From Mobula hypostoma (taxonomy: Eukaryota), in NCBI RefSeq assembly GCF_963921235.1, contig NC_086097.1, positions 58,528,001 through 58,592,000 of the forward strand: a stretch of 64,000 nt of DNA, given 5' to 3'. Of the stretch, positions 52,124 through 64,000 are shown piece by piece. A program made the position numbers and the translations under genes. How positions within the stretch are numbered: position 1 is the stretch's first letter; every line of letters starts with the position of its first letter. Below the pieces are notes generated by a model. That model ran no database searches. It was not told the origin of the DNA and saw only the letters and a list, made by a program, of their open reading frames with translations.

Positions 52124-55099
52124 AGGATAGAAAAGTAAGAACATACAGCAGATTGATCAATGAATGGTAGAGATTATTCTAATATCCCAAGGAGAAACAG
52201 TAATGACCATTCAAACTTGTTTTCGTTGCTTAAGGTTATTTATATTCTTCATATGCTTGAAAGAAATTGTTCTAAAATGTATACATTTTAATAAAGTAAA
52301 TTGCGTATGTCACACATTGGATAACTGCAACTTTGGTATTCTGTGGGGGGAAATAAATTGGGAAAGGTTAAAAAAAATTATAGTAAAGCAGCATTGTAGA
52401 GAATTTGAACTACTGCAGATTGCTAGCTGTTCAAATTCAATTAATATTTGATCTTACAGGATTGCTTTAAAGGAGAATTCTGTTGTGCACATTTGCTCAT
52501 AATTACACAGTTAAATCATTTTCTGAATGAAGAATGGGCAAAAGATCATTAAGACAGCATGTTGAGAATGCTAATTGGTAAAATACTGAAATACGCCTAC
52601 ACAATAGAGTCATTTACTTCTGTAGGCTAAACCAATTGTGCGTTGCTTTGCACAAAGCCTCAATAGTTCCCTTATTTATGGAATTCTTTTTAGGCACAAT
52701 ACCCAGAAAGTTAATCATATCAAAAACTGGCACCACTGCTTCTCTCTTCCCCCCCCCGCCAATTCACTTCACTGGACAAAACCATATTTGTATTTCAGTA
52801 TTTGTGGACAATGTTACGTAGTGAAAATACTTTAGTAAACTCAGCGGTTAATTACTATTCCTGTATTCTTTGGAGACCGGAACCATAAGCTTTTCGAATC
52901 TAAAAGCACAGACTTTTAAGGGCAAACTCATGAGTATGAAAATTTTGTAGCAAGCAAATATCAGATTGTAAATCTGAAGATTGTTTTTTCCAGCAAGCAG
53001 CATAAGCTTCTTAATGCAGAAAGAGCAATGGACATTGTTAAAACTTAACAGTTAATCCGCATTCTAGTAGACAAGTTACTCAATTGTAAATGTTTCATTG
53101 TATTCTGAATCAAAATCCTACCTCCTGTATATTCACTGATGGAGAATGGTTTGTTTTATCATACATACTTCTTTTGCTCCTATTGTGATTCAAAGAAATT
53201 AAAGTTTAAAGCATGGTTAATCCAACAAGATACAATTATTCAAAGTTTGTGTATTATAGGCTTACCAAGAGAAGGTGTACTTCCCACAAAGGATTGCAAT
53301 TTACTTAAATGTTCCTTGAGTTGTTCGCCTATATTGCCAAGCTTCATCTCCCTGAGCTGTATTTTATTCATCAGTTTATCTATGCCATTCAGAACACTTT
53401 GATTACATGTTGCAAATTCCTGCAAAGTGGTACAAAGTAATATCACACAACCTTTTCTCCTACTGTACAATACACAGTAAATACGTGATGAAAAAATGTT
53501 ACCATCTACCTTTTGAACATTAAAGTCTAATGCCCAGTTTTTCATAAGCTTATCTAAAAAAAGAGAAAAAAACAGTGAATAAACAGTGGCAGATAGTACA
53601 AATTCAAATCCATTAAATAGCTGGAGGTCAATAAATGCAACTATACTAAATTGATTGTTGCTCAGTCTTGAACACTTTGCAAAAGCATTAAGGACAATAT
53701 TGTGGTTGAAAAGTATTAAGAACAATATTGTGATACAAATACAGTATATCAAAGAAAATTTACACTAGTAAAAACTGGACCATGCTATGCAACATTTGAA
53801 AGTAAAACAAAATGTGGTTGGTCATGAGATAAAATGTGATTTCTATACATCATTTCTAAATTGGGTGTTACAACTATCTTGTTTTATTAAAAGGTCATTT
53901 ACAAGTACATTACTTAAAGCTTAGATAACCATAGTTTGCAATATATTTGGGTCTAAAGGGTCTTATAAGTTTTATATTATAAGATGATCATTTTTGATCT
54001 TTAAGCTTAAAACTAAAACTATTATGATATTAATTTAAATCAAAATCTTTCAAACCCCATCCCATGCATGTACCATAGATGGTTAGTAGTTCATTATCCT
54101 GGATCTCCTTCTTTGCTTTCTGCTTTTCTCCTCCTCCTTCGAGTATTGCAATATCTTTGGTCAGCTGGAAATTACACTACCAGTAAAGATGAAATTTAGT
54201 TCAAATTCAGTGTTGTACTGCAACTTAAAAAAAAATCAAACCATACCCACAAAACTTTTTTTTCCCAAGGGGTCTCTCATCTGGTGATCAGGTGGAGGAA
54301 TCCAGGACATTTTCATTTTTTAAATCTATTCTTTTTCTACTCCAATTCCTGGCCATTATTGGAATTTTTCTCAAAGGAATATATTTCCTCATTTTACAAT
54401 GTAATGCAGGAATTTTTTTTTGAGTCAATCGTGTTTGGTGTGATGCTATATGGTAGATACTAACTCTGAACAGAAATATAGCTAGTTCCATTCCAGAAGC
54501 TCTCCTTGCTCTGCTTGTCCTGAATTTGGATAATATAACGCTTACTGCTAATTGTTGAAGCTATAAGACTGGAAATAACACTTAGAATGAACATGGGATT
54601 TAGTTATTGTTGCAAAATAGTAGAGAAATTTGCATTTGAGACATTATTTGACATAAAGGAAATGACTTTAAATAACAGAAAATAGCCTATTTGAATGTTC
54701 TTTCAAAGATGACCTTGTCACAGAATAATGGCAATCTTTGCAACAACCTTCTGGCTCTGAATTACCTCGAGGACATGAAACAATGATGGACTGATTGATA
54801 TTTGGAGTCTGGTATATACAGTGTTTTTGCACAATACACAGGCTTTGGGGATAAAACTTGCATAAGATGGTGGAAAAGTGATAATAGATTTCTTCTGAGA
54901 TAAATAGCAGTTGTAGCTTTGTTCCCAAGATAATTAAACTTTGCAAAAATGCACGTATGTTATCACAAATGGTCACTGGGTGTGGCTAAGAACAACAGGC
55001 TAGTACAAATGATTTCTGGAGATAGTGGTTAATATTTGAGTATTTATTCATTGATTAAATAAATAAATACTACATTATTATTCATCTTCAATTTCTCAC

Positions 55100-57200
55100 T
55101 ATTGCAGTCGGAGGTTCTCATCTGCTTTGAAAGGGCAACAATCATACGAGTGTCCAAGAGCAGGGTGAGCTGCCTCCACAACTATTGCCCAGTGGCATCC
55201 ACATTTACTGTGATGAAGTACTTTGAGAAGCTGCTTATGGCTAGAATCAACTGCCTAAGCAAGGACCTGGACCCGCTTCAATTACCTATCACTCGAAATA
55301 GGTCCACAGTGGATGCGATCTCTCTGACCTTGAATCACCTGGACAATAGTAATACCTAATGGTAATACAGGCTGCTGTTTATTATAGCTCGGTGATCAAC
55401 TCAATCATACCCTCAGTTATAATCAAAAAAACTCCAAGACCTGGGCCTCTATCTCCCTCTGCAACTGAATGCTTGACTTCCTCACTAGGAGACCACAGTC
55501 TGTCAGATTGGAAATAACATCCAGTCCCTGGTGCACTTCAAGACTGCGTGTTTAGTCCACTGCTCTAATCTCTACCCCCATGATTGTATGACTAGGCACA
55601 GCTCAAACACCATCCAGAATGATTGTAGGCAGAATTTCTGATGGTAATGAAGCGGTTTATAGGAGTGAGGTATATCAGCTGGTTAAGTTGCTGGTGTTGC
55701 AGCAGCAAGCTTCTACTCAGCGGCAGTAAAACCAAGGAATTGGTTGTGTTGTGTTTGATATTGAGGGATTGTGGAGAACACATCAAGACGCTATCAGATA
55801 GGATATTCAACTGAATTTTATTGACAACTCTGCTTGTACAGTATGTGAACTCATTCCATGTGGGAGTGACTAGCTGAGTGTCATAGAAATAACACTATCA
55901 ATTACCACTACAGATTATGGATTTCAAGAAGGAGTCAATGGAATACAGGAGATAGATTGGATGGTTGAGTGGTGTTGCAACAACCATCTTGAACTCAACA
56001 TCAATAAGACCAAGGAATTGAATATGGACTTCAGGAAGGGGAAGTCAAGAGAACACATATCAGTCCTCGTTGAAGGATTAGAAGTGGAAAGGGTGAGCAG
56101 TTTCATATTCCTGGGTGTCAACATCTGAGGATCTATTCTGGGTCCAACATATTGATGCAATTACAAAGAAGGCATGGCTATAGCTATATGTCCTTTGGAA
56201 TTGGAGAGGAATTGATATGTCACCAAAGACAGATGCAAATTTCTACAGATGTAAAGTGGAGAGCACTGTAAATAGTTGCATCACCATCTGGTATGAAGGG
56301 GACACAGCACAGGGCTGGAAAAAGCTACAGAAATCCATCATCATTATTAAACACCCACACCACCCAGGGCATGCCCTCTTCTCAGTGCTACACATATAAT
56401 TATACATACAAATGTATATATACATACATAAACATATATGTTGTAAATTAATACTTAGTGTTATGTATTGCAACGTAATGTTGTGGCAAAACAACAAATT
56501 TTACAACATATGCCTGTGACGATAAACCTGATTCTAACTCTTCTGAACGAAATTGCTGTGATTAAATAGAAACCAGAGGAGTAGAGGGATTAGAAGACAG
56601 ATGGTCAGATGATAGAAGAAGCTGTTTGTGGAACTTCTTGCTTCATACGGGTTAAGAAATACTAACTGAAGCTCTGTACGTAGGTGGAACCATTGTATTT
56701 CCAAAATACCATGCTTTGTATAATCAGAGACAGTGTTGACAACCTATGAGAGTCCACTCTACCTCCTACTGAAGAGAGATCAAATATATATGAGACATTG
56801 GCCTCAATACCTCCTTGAGCAATTGGATCCTAGGTTTCCTTACTTGTACACTTCAGTCAGTTCAGATTGGCAACAAAATCTCCTCCATGATCTCTGTCAA
56901 TACAGGTGCACCACAGGGCAATGTGCTTAACACACTGCTCTGCTTCATTTATACCTCTGACTATGTGGCTAAGCATAGCTCCAAAGCCATATTCAAGTTT
57001 GCTTATGACACCTCTGTTGTGGTCCAAACAAAGGTGGTAATAGATCAGCATGCAGGAGGGAGATTGAAAATCTGGCTGAGTGGTGTCATAACACCAACCT
57101 CTCACTCAATGTCAGTAAGACCAAGGAACTGATTATAGAGCTTAGAGGAGGATCAGGGATGAAGAGGGTTAGTAACTTTTGATTCCTGGGTGTTACTACT
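55100..57200 (+). mobile_element. Three tandem Rex1/Babar-type LINE fragments (about 55100-55760, 55925-56540, 56790-57200)
   Basis: YCPVASTFTVMKYFEKL, NRSTVDAI, WCCNNHLELNINKTKEL, NTGAPQG..KFAYDT remnants. Confidence 0.75.
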
Positions 57201-57455
57201 GGCTCTTGAATAAAAGGGGATAACTACCCTCAGTTGTCCCATCATTGAAATATTCCTACAACCAATTATCTCACTTTAAGGACTCTTAATCTCATTATCT
57301 CATGTTCTCTTTACTTCTTGCTGTTTATTCATATTTGTATTTGAACAGTTCGTTGTCTTCTGCACTCTGTTAACCCTTCATTGATCCTGTTATAGTTACT
57401 ATTCTATAAACTTGCTGAGTATGCCTACAGAAAAATGAATCTCAGAGTTGTATAT

Positions 57456-58509
57456 CACAAACACAAAAAAATCTGCAGTTGCTGGAAATCCAAAGCAACA
57501 CACACAAAATGCAGGAGGAACTGATCAGAACCAAGGAGCATCTTTAGAAAAGAGTAAATAGTTGACATTTTGGGCTGAGAGCCTTCATCAGGACTCGAAA
57601 GAAAGAGAAGTCAAGTAAATTTGGGGGGAGGGGATGAAGTACAACAAGGTGGTAGGTAATAGGTGAAACCAGGAGACAGGATGAAATAAAAAGCTGGGAA
57701 GTTGTTTGGTGAAAGAGATAAAGGGCCGGAGAAGGGGGAATCTGATAGGAGAGGACCATGGAAGAAAGGGGAGGAGGAGGAGCACCAGAGGTAAAGAGAT
57801 AAGGTGAGAGAGCAAAACAGGAATGGGGAATGGTGAAGGAGAAGCGGGGAGGGGCAAATACCAGAGGTTTGAGAAGTCGATGTTCATGCCCTCAGGTTGG
57901 AGGTTACAAAGACGGAATATACTGCAAAGTGTTGCTCCTTCAAACTGAGTGTGTCCTTATCACAGCAGTAGAGGAGGGCATGAATCTGACTTATCAGTCC
58001 ATGGCTGCTTCTACTGCCCACACTCAGGTTGGAGAAGCAACACCTTATATTCCGAGTGGGTAGCTTCCAACCTGATGTCATGGACATCGATTTCTTGAAC
58101 TTCCAGTAATTCCCCCACCTCCCAAACCCCCTTTTCCTTCACCCCATTCCCCATTCCTGTTTCTCTTTCACCTCATCTCCTTACCTACCCATCACTTCCC
58201 TCTGGTGCTCCTCCCCCTTCCTTTTCTTGCATGGTCTTCTATTCTTTCCCATCAGTTTCCCCCTTCTCCAGCCCTTAATCTCTTTCACTAATCAATTTCC
58301 CAGCTCTTTACTTAACCCATTTTACCTCTTTGGTTTCACTTATCACTACCACCTTGTACTTCCTCCCTCTCCCCCTCCATACCTTCTTAATCTGACTTCC
58401 CTTTCTTTCCAGTCTTGATGAAAAATCTCGGCCCGAAATATTGATAGTTTACTCTTTTCCATAGAGGCTGCCTGGTCTGTGGAGTTTCTCCAGCATTGTG
58501 CGTATGTTG
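57456..58509 (-). mobile_element. Fold-back Penelope element (two inverted pseudo-LTRs)
   Basis: Arms at about 57495-57985 (-) and 58000-58509 (+); 15-bp duplication ctcag(a/g)gttgtatat at 57441-57455 and 58510-58524. Confidence 0.85.
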
Positions 58510-58832
58510 CTCAGGGTTGTATATGGTGACATATATGTATTTGATAATAAAATTTACTTCTGGCTGTATAAGCTGTACTTCTGGGGATGGACTATTAAAC
58601 ATGGATCTAAAATAGTTTCGTAGCATTACAAAAATGATAAAGTAATGATTGAATAAAATCTTATTCTTGTATTGAACAATTACCTAATAACATCAGTAAA
58701 TGTTAACATAGTTACTGTTTATTAAATGTTGCTGGATGCTTATACTCCTATATAAGTGTTTAAAATTGGAATATTGTATTTGCAGAATAGCATTCAGGAC
58801 AAAATAGATCAGCAAAATATCTTTATACTCAC

Positions 58833-58985
58833 CAGCCACAGTTTGCAGTTTTCTATCTCAGTAAGTTCAAGCCTCCTATCTGCTTCATAAATATCCATTC
58901 CTATCATTTTCAATTGTTCAGCAGTACTTTTAACTTGGTGGAAGGTATTGTTCCGTATTGAAGTCAACAGAGATTGTAGGTCTGG
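58833..58985 (-). CDS. Candidate internal exon of a coiled-coil protein (possibly CCDC175-like, by synteny)
   Basis: Pyrimidine tract + cag acceptor, gtgagt donor, 153 nt open phase-0 frame PDLQSLLTSIRNNTFHQVKSTAEQLKMIGMDIYEADRRLELTEIENCKLWL in non-repeat DNA. CCDC175 lies antisense downstream of JKAMP in human. Confidence 0.4.
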
Positions 58986-60029
58986 CTGATGAAAGAGATG
59001 AATAGAATGTATTTTTACATTCAATAATTTGTATTACTGGTTGAAAAATATCATAAAAATGCAATGTCTCAGTATAACTTTTTCTGGCAAGGTTGAGGCA
59101 GAGAATTTCACTGCATTTAAGTATCTAGTCGAGCACTTGAATTGACAAGACTTAGAAGGCTACAGAACAAGTACTAGTAAATAGGATTAGTATAGATGGG
59201 TACTGAATAGTCAGAATTGGCATAGTGAGTCAATGGAACTCTGTTCAATGACTCAGTAATGCATGTACATTGGCAATAATGTGGTTAAGTAGGTCGATGA
59301 TGTATTTCCATGTTCTGAATGCCACTTTTACTAGTTTTCTTCCAGAAGCAACTAAATAACTGAAAAGCAACAATGAGGAAGAAAGCAGTAGGATGGCTCA
59401 GAGTCATATTAAATACAGAAATAAATTAAGTAAAGAAAGGAAAAAAGAAGTTCTGGGAATTTAGGTAGGATTTACTAAATACAGGGGCAAAGATTTCAAT
59501 TGCAGTGTTCTGTTCTGGGTGTCCAAAGTTGAAAGGTAGGTGAAGTTGATAAAGCAAGATAATGAAATTAACAACCCCCAAATATCTAGTGTGAATTAAT
59601 TTATAACAGCCATATTTATTCAGTAATTTATAAGCTTGGAGTCTGACAGCAAGGTGGAAATTTGTGTTGATAACAGTTATGTGAAAGTGGTGCAGAGTCC
59701 TGCAATTTGGAACAGATGGTACAATTCCTTCCTTCCCATATTGTATGGTGCTAACTAGTTAAAATTCTTTACTAATGTTGGGAGCTGCAAGCTTACCATT
59801 ATTTAGTTAGCACTTTCTGAGCCATTAAAAGACAATGATATTAATATCTATAAAACTTAACTGTTAGAATATTACATCTGTATTTTAAATATTATTTATA
59901 ATATAATTATTTATTTTATTCTGTCATCTTATTGTATTATATAACTTCATTAGAATGCTTTAAAATTTAAAAAAGAGGAAAAGGAAAAATAAAGGCATAA
60001 TACGTTTGTATATTCCAGTTTAAATGTAT

Positions 60030-60730
60030 TAACCAGTCATTGAAAGTGGGCATGCAGGTACAGCAGGCGGTGAAAAAGGCGAACGGTATGCTGGCATTTA
60101 TAGCGAGAGGATTCGAGTACAGGAGCAGGGAGGTACTACTGCAGTTGTACAAGGCCTTGGTGAGACCACACCTGGAGTATTGTGTGCAGTTTTGGTCCCC
60201 TAATCTGAGGAAAGACATCTTTGCCATAGAGGGAGTACAAAGAAGGTTCACCAGATTGATTCCTGGGATGGCAGGTCTTTCATATGAAGAAAGACTGGAT
60301 GAACTGGGCTTGTACTCGTTGGAATTTAGAAGATTGAGGGGGGATCTGATTGAAACGTATAAGATCCTAAAGGGATTGGACAGGCTAGATGCGGGAAGAT
60401 TGTTCCCGATGTTGGGGAGGTCTAGAACGAGGGGTCACAGTTTGAGGATAGAGGGGAAGCCTTTTAGGACCGAGGTTAGGAAAAACTTCTTCACACAGAG
60501 AGTGGTGAATCTGTGGAATTCTCTGCCACAGCAAACTGTTGAGGCCAGTTCATTAGCTATGTTTAAAAGGAAGTTAGATATGGCCCTTGTGGCTACAGGG
60601 GTCAGGGGGTATGGAGGGAAGGCTGGGTTCTGAGTTGGACGATCAGCCATGATCATAATAAATGGCGGTGCAGGCTCGAAGGGCCGAATGGCCTACTCCT
60701 GCACCTATTTTCTATGTTTCTATGTTTCTA
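60030..60730 (+). mobile_element. Young CR1 LINE 3' fragment
   Basis: Open 197-aa frame (LVRPHLEYCVQFWSP...), CpGs retained, (TTTCTATG)n tail. Confidence 0.93.
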
Positions 60731-61157
60731 TATATAAGCCATAAATGTACACTATTGACACTATTACTACATTATTTTCTTTTTTTTACACTACCACTTA
60801 TTAACTAAGTTGCTAGAAAGAGACTTCCACCTGGTTCCTGTGATTTCTTCCCACAACTTCATGAGGGGGCCTTTTCTGCTAAATTCTGGCTTTTCCAATG
60901 AATCTTACTGGAAATCTCACTGAATAAACAACCCAGTGTAAAATTCTGACCCACTATCTGTAAAGGGCCTGCATACTATCCAAAGACACTTCAGCTAAGT
61001 GGAAGCTGTATCAGCAGCAGCAGCCTTTGATAAGTGACTGTTCTCTCAGTCCTGGAGTTCATAGAGAATAACGATCATTTAATATTTTATGAGGAACATG
61101 AGAATGCAGGAAGAAGCCTTGGTCAGGATGATGATTTACATGATAAAATATTTAAAC

Positions 61158-61386
61158 ATATTTATGTATCTGGGAACACTGATCTGACAACGATGGTTGT
61201 GTTTGCATAGCCAGTTGATGAATTGCGGCCATTTACTTCAAGTATAATTTTACCACTGCTATGGCAAGTGTTGCTGATACTATCTAATCCTAATAAACAT
61301 CTTTTGTAGCAGTAGTCAAAAATGTTGTCCAGAAATGTATGGAAGTTTATGGTACACACTACATAATTCCATTCATGCTAATTTGC
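61158..61386 (+). repeat. Direct repeat, left copy (pairs with 62910-63165)
   Basis: Colinear high-identity match to 62910-63165, lacking a ~27-bp segment present in the right copy. Confidence 0.9.
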
Positions 61387-62909
61387 CAGTAAATTCAAGA
61401 CCTGGCTATACCAATACGGCATTCTGCCCAGGCTTCTCTGGCTCTTCACACCTCATGAGTTCCCCATGACTGCCATGGAGGGCATCGGGAGGAAAACCAA
61501 CAAGCACCTGCAGAGATGGTTGGAAGCTCCCCCAAGCTTCTCTTCAGTGGGCCTCTATATTCGATCGGGGCAACTGCAGCTTCCCCTGTCATCTGTTGTG
61601 GAGGAATTCAAGGTGGCAAAATGCAGAGCCTTATTAAGCTTGAGAGATTCCAATGACATCTTGGTAAAGCAAGCAGGCATTACAACCAGATCTGGGCGGT
61701 TGGGCAGCCAACGCAGCTGTGGAGCAGGCAGTGTATTCTCTGAAGCTGCGAGATATCATCGGCAACCCCTGCGTCAGGCGGCAAGGCCTTGGCAGTTCAC
61801 TTCCAGCAGTGGGGAAACACGAGCATCAGGAACAGGCGAGAGATGATACAGGCAGAAGTACGGATCCGTGAGGAAGAGAAGCGGATGTCAAAGGCAGTGG
61901 AACAAGGGTCCCAGGGTGCCTGGACAAAATGGGATCTGCCCAAGCGCAAGATCTCATGGGCAGTTATGGAGACTGGAGCCCTTTCGTATTTCCTTCCTCT
62001 TGCAATCCATGTATGACACCCTTCCTTCACCATTACATCTGTACACATGGGGGATGAGAGAGGACCCAAACTGTAAGCTCTGTGGTCAGAAGGGGACACT
62101 GGCTCATATACTGTCTGGGTGTAAAACAGCTCTAACTCAAGGATGGTACAGGTGGCGCCGTGATAAGGTGCTTCTGGCTCTTGCTGACACACTAGAGCGG
62201 GAGAGATGCAAGAAGAGGACGGCTGGCACAGATTTGAGGAAGGCCATCAACTTCATCAAAGAGGGAGCCAGGCCTTTCATAACCAAACAACCGAAGCCTG
62301 ATCTGCTGCTAACGGCCAGGTCCTGGGAGATGAGGGTCGATGTGGGAAGGAGGTTGCAGTTCCTGGATGTGGTGCACACAATCCTACACCCAGACACTGT
62401 ACTGTGGTCAACTGAAGACAGGAAAATAATTCTGGTGAGCTGACTGTGCCATGGGAGGAGGGATGGGAAGAGTCCCATGAGAGAAAGGCCTTGAAGTACC
62501 AGCCCTTAGTACAGGAGTGTAAAGACAAGGGATGGCAGGCATGGTTGTTCCCTATGGAGATCGGCTGCGGAGGGTTCCCAGCCAAATCAGCATGGCAGTT
62601 GTCAGCTCTGGGCCTGGATGAAAGGAGCTGAAAACAAGCAGTTTGTAGGATGGGGGAAGAGGCAGAAAGAGCCTCTTGTTGGATTTGGAGTAGGTGAGAG
62701 GAGGGAAGCTGGAAGTCAGGAGTAGATGGGCAGTGATTTGGCCACCACTGCCGGTCCACCAACTGGAGAGTGTCGTGGTTAAGGGTCGAAACACTCTGTG
62801 AAGGTTGGGAACCACCTGATGACATCTGCTCCTGGCTGAAGGCTACAGTTACCTTAAAAGGTATCTGGAGAATGCACCCTAACAGGTGTATGTAACAAGC
62901 AAGACAAAT
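61387..62909 (+). mobile_element. RLE-type (Hero/R2-group) non-LTR retrotransposon, 5'-truncated
   Basis: KFKTWLYQYGILPRLLW; CCHC finger CKLCGQKGTLAHILSGC; RWRRDKV; PD..ELTVPWEE..ERKALKY restriction-like endonuclease; several frameshifts. Confidence 0.88.
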
Positions 62910-63165
62910 ATATTTATGTATCTGAGAACACCCACCTGGCAACAATGGTTGTGTTTGCATAGCCAGTTGATGAATTGTGGCCATTTACTTCAAGTATAAT
63001 TTTACCATTGCTATGGCAATGTTATCGGGATTACCTATGTAATTCAGTGTTGCTGATACTATCTAATCCTAATAAACATCTTTTATAGCAGCAGTCAAAA
63101 ATGTTGTCCAGAAATGTATGGGAGTTTATGGTACACACTACAGAATTCCATTCATGTTAATTTGC
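62910..63165 (+). repeat. Direct repeat, right copy (pairs with 61158-61386)
   Basis: Starts atatttatgtatctg and ends ttcatg(c/t)taatttgc in both copies. Confidence 0.9.
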
Positions 63166-64000
63166 AACAGAGGTGTGACGTAGCTGCCAAATATTATCAG
63201 GTAATTGCATTTCCAGAATACTTATTGATGACAACCAACAAGTTCTCTGTACTTCCATTTCTGTCAATATCAGCTTAGCTCTTCCTTGTTACTCATCAAT
63301 TTGTTAGGCTTCTTCTCTTAGTTTCAATCATTTCAACACTAATATTCAAAAGTGAGAAAGTGCAGATGCTGGAAGTCAGAAATTAAAGTAAAAAATGCTG
63401 ACAACACTCAGCAAGTGTGGTGAGAGAAATAAAGTTAATGATCCAGATCAATTACCTGAATTGTTACCTCTGCTTCTTACTCCAAAGATACTGCTTTACC
63501 TGCTTAGCAGTCCTAGCATACTCTATTTTGTTTCTAATTTTTAAAGTACACTCAAGTAAAATATCAATATATTATATGTTTCATAATAACATTAAATTAA
63601 TCCACTGAACTCTTCTTGTATTTTAACACATCCGTTTCAGCTTTTTACCAATAATCTTGTACTTTTAAGATTGTGTGGGTTTGACTGGAAAGGTGGCAGG
63701 AGGACAATTTCTCTCAAAACATAATCTAGAACTAGAATGTATAGTTTCAGAATAATGAATTATTTCTAAAAATAGGGGAGGGATGCATTTCCTCAGATGG
63801 TCATGTATCTTTGTTATTCTCCAACAAAGAGACCTGTGGTGGTGAAGTCACTGAATGCTCTTGAGGCCAAAATAGACTGTTGGACCATATAAAGCCAAGA
63901 CAGACCATTTGGACAATCAAGATTTATGAGAAACAAATAAGAAGGTGCAGTTGAAATCATGATCAGGTTATCCATGGTCTACTCTGGCTTCTTTTTCTTT

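Noticed and set aside
53240-53752. 170-aa minus-strand ORF
   Set aside because: AT-rich, low-information translation in the probable JKAMP 3' UTR/flank, with no domain or splice support.
63200-63720. Purine-rich minus-strand stretches resembling further coiled-coil exons
   Set aside because: Stops in all tested frames and no clear splice-site pair; cannot be supported without homology search.
1-64000. CRISPR arrays, rRNA/tRNA genes, prokaryotic operons
   Set aside because: None seen; the window is intron-containing vertebrate DNA and its repeats are transposon-derived.

Overview
Vertebrate genomic DNA, most likely from a cartilaginous fish (ray/skate-type mix of CR1, Penelope, Rex1 and V-SINE repeats; taxon is inferred). 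It carries the conserved GPR135 - L3HYPDH - JKAMP block. GPR135 is single-exon (-, 19139-20413). L3HYPDH has five exons (-, 23058-27229, 345 aa). JKAMP has seven exons (+, 27362-52123, 310 aa). L3HYPDH and JKAMP are head-to-head with only 132 bp between their start codons. A possible CCDC175-like exon lies near 58.9 kb. The rest is largely nested transposon debris: CR1, L2, L1, Nimb/I, Rex1, Penelope with hammerhead ribozymes, an RLE-type element, Gypsy, hAT, Tc1 and Chapaev3. The main finding is that this L3HYPDH orthologue reads DRSPCGSG where human reads DRSPTGSG. It therefore has the Cys/Cys catalytic pair of proline racemases and hydroxyproline epimerases rather than the Cys/Thr pair of the dehydratase, which predicts a natural vertebrate (hydroxy)proline racemase/epimerase. 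Secondary findings are a family of fold-back Penelope insertions with 13-15 bp target duplications and an RLE retroelement flanked by a ~230-256 bp direct duplication.
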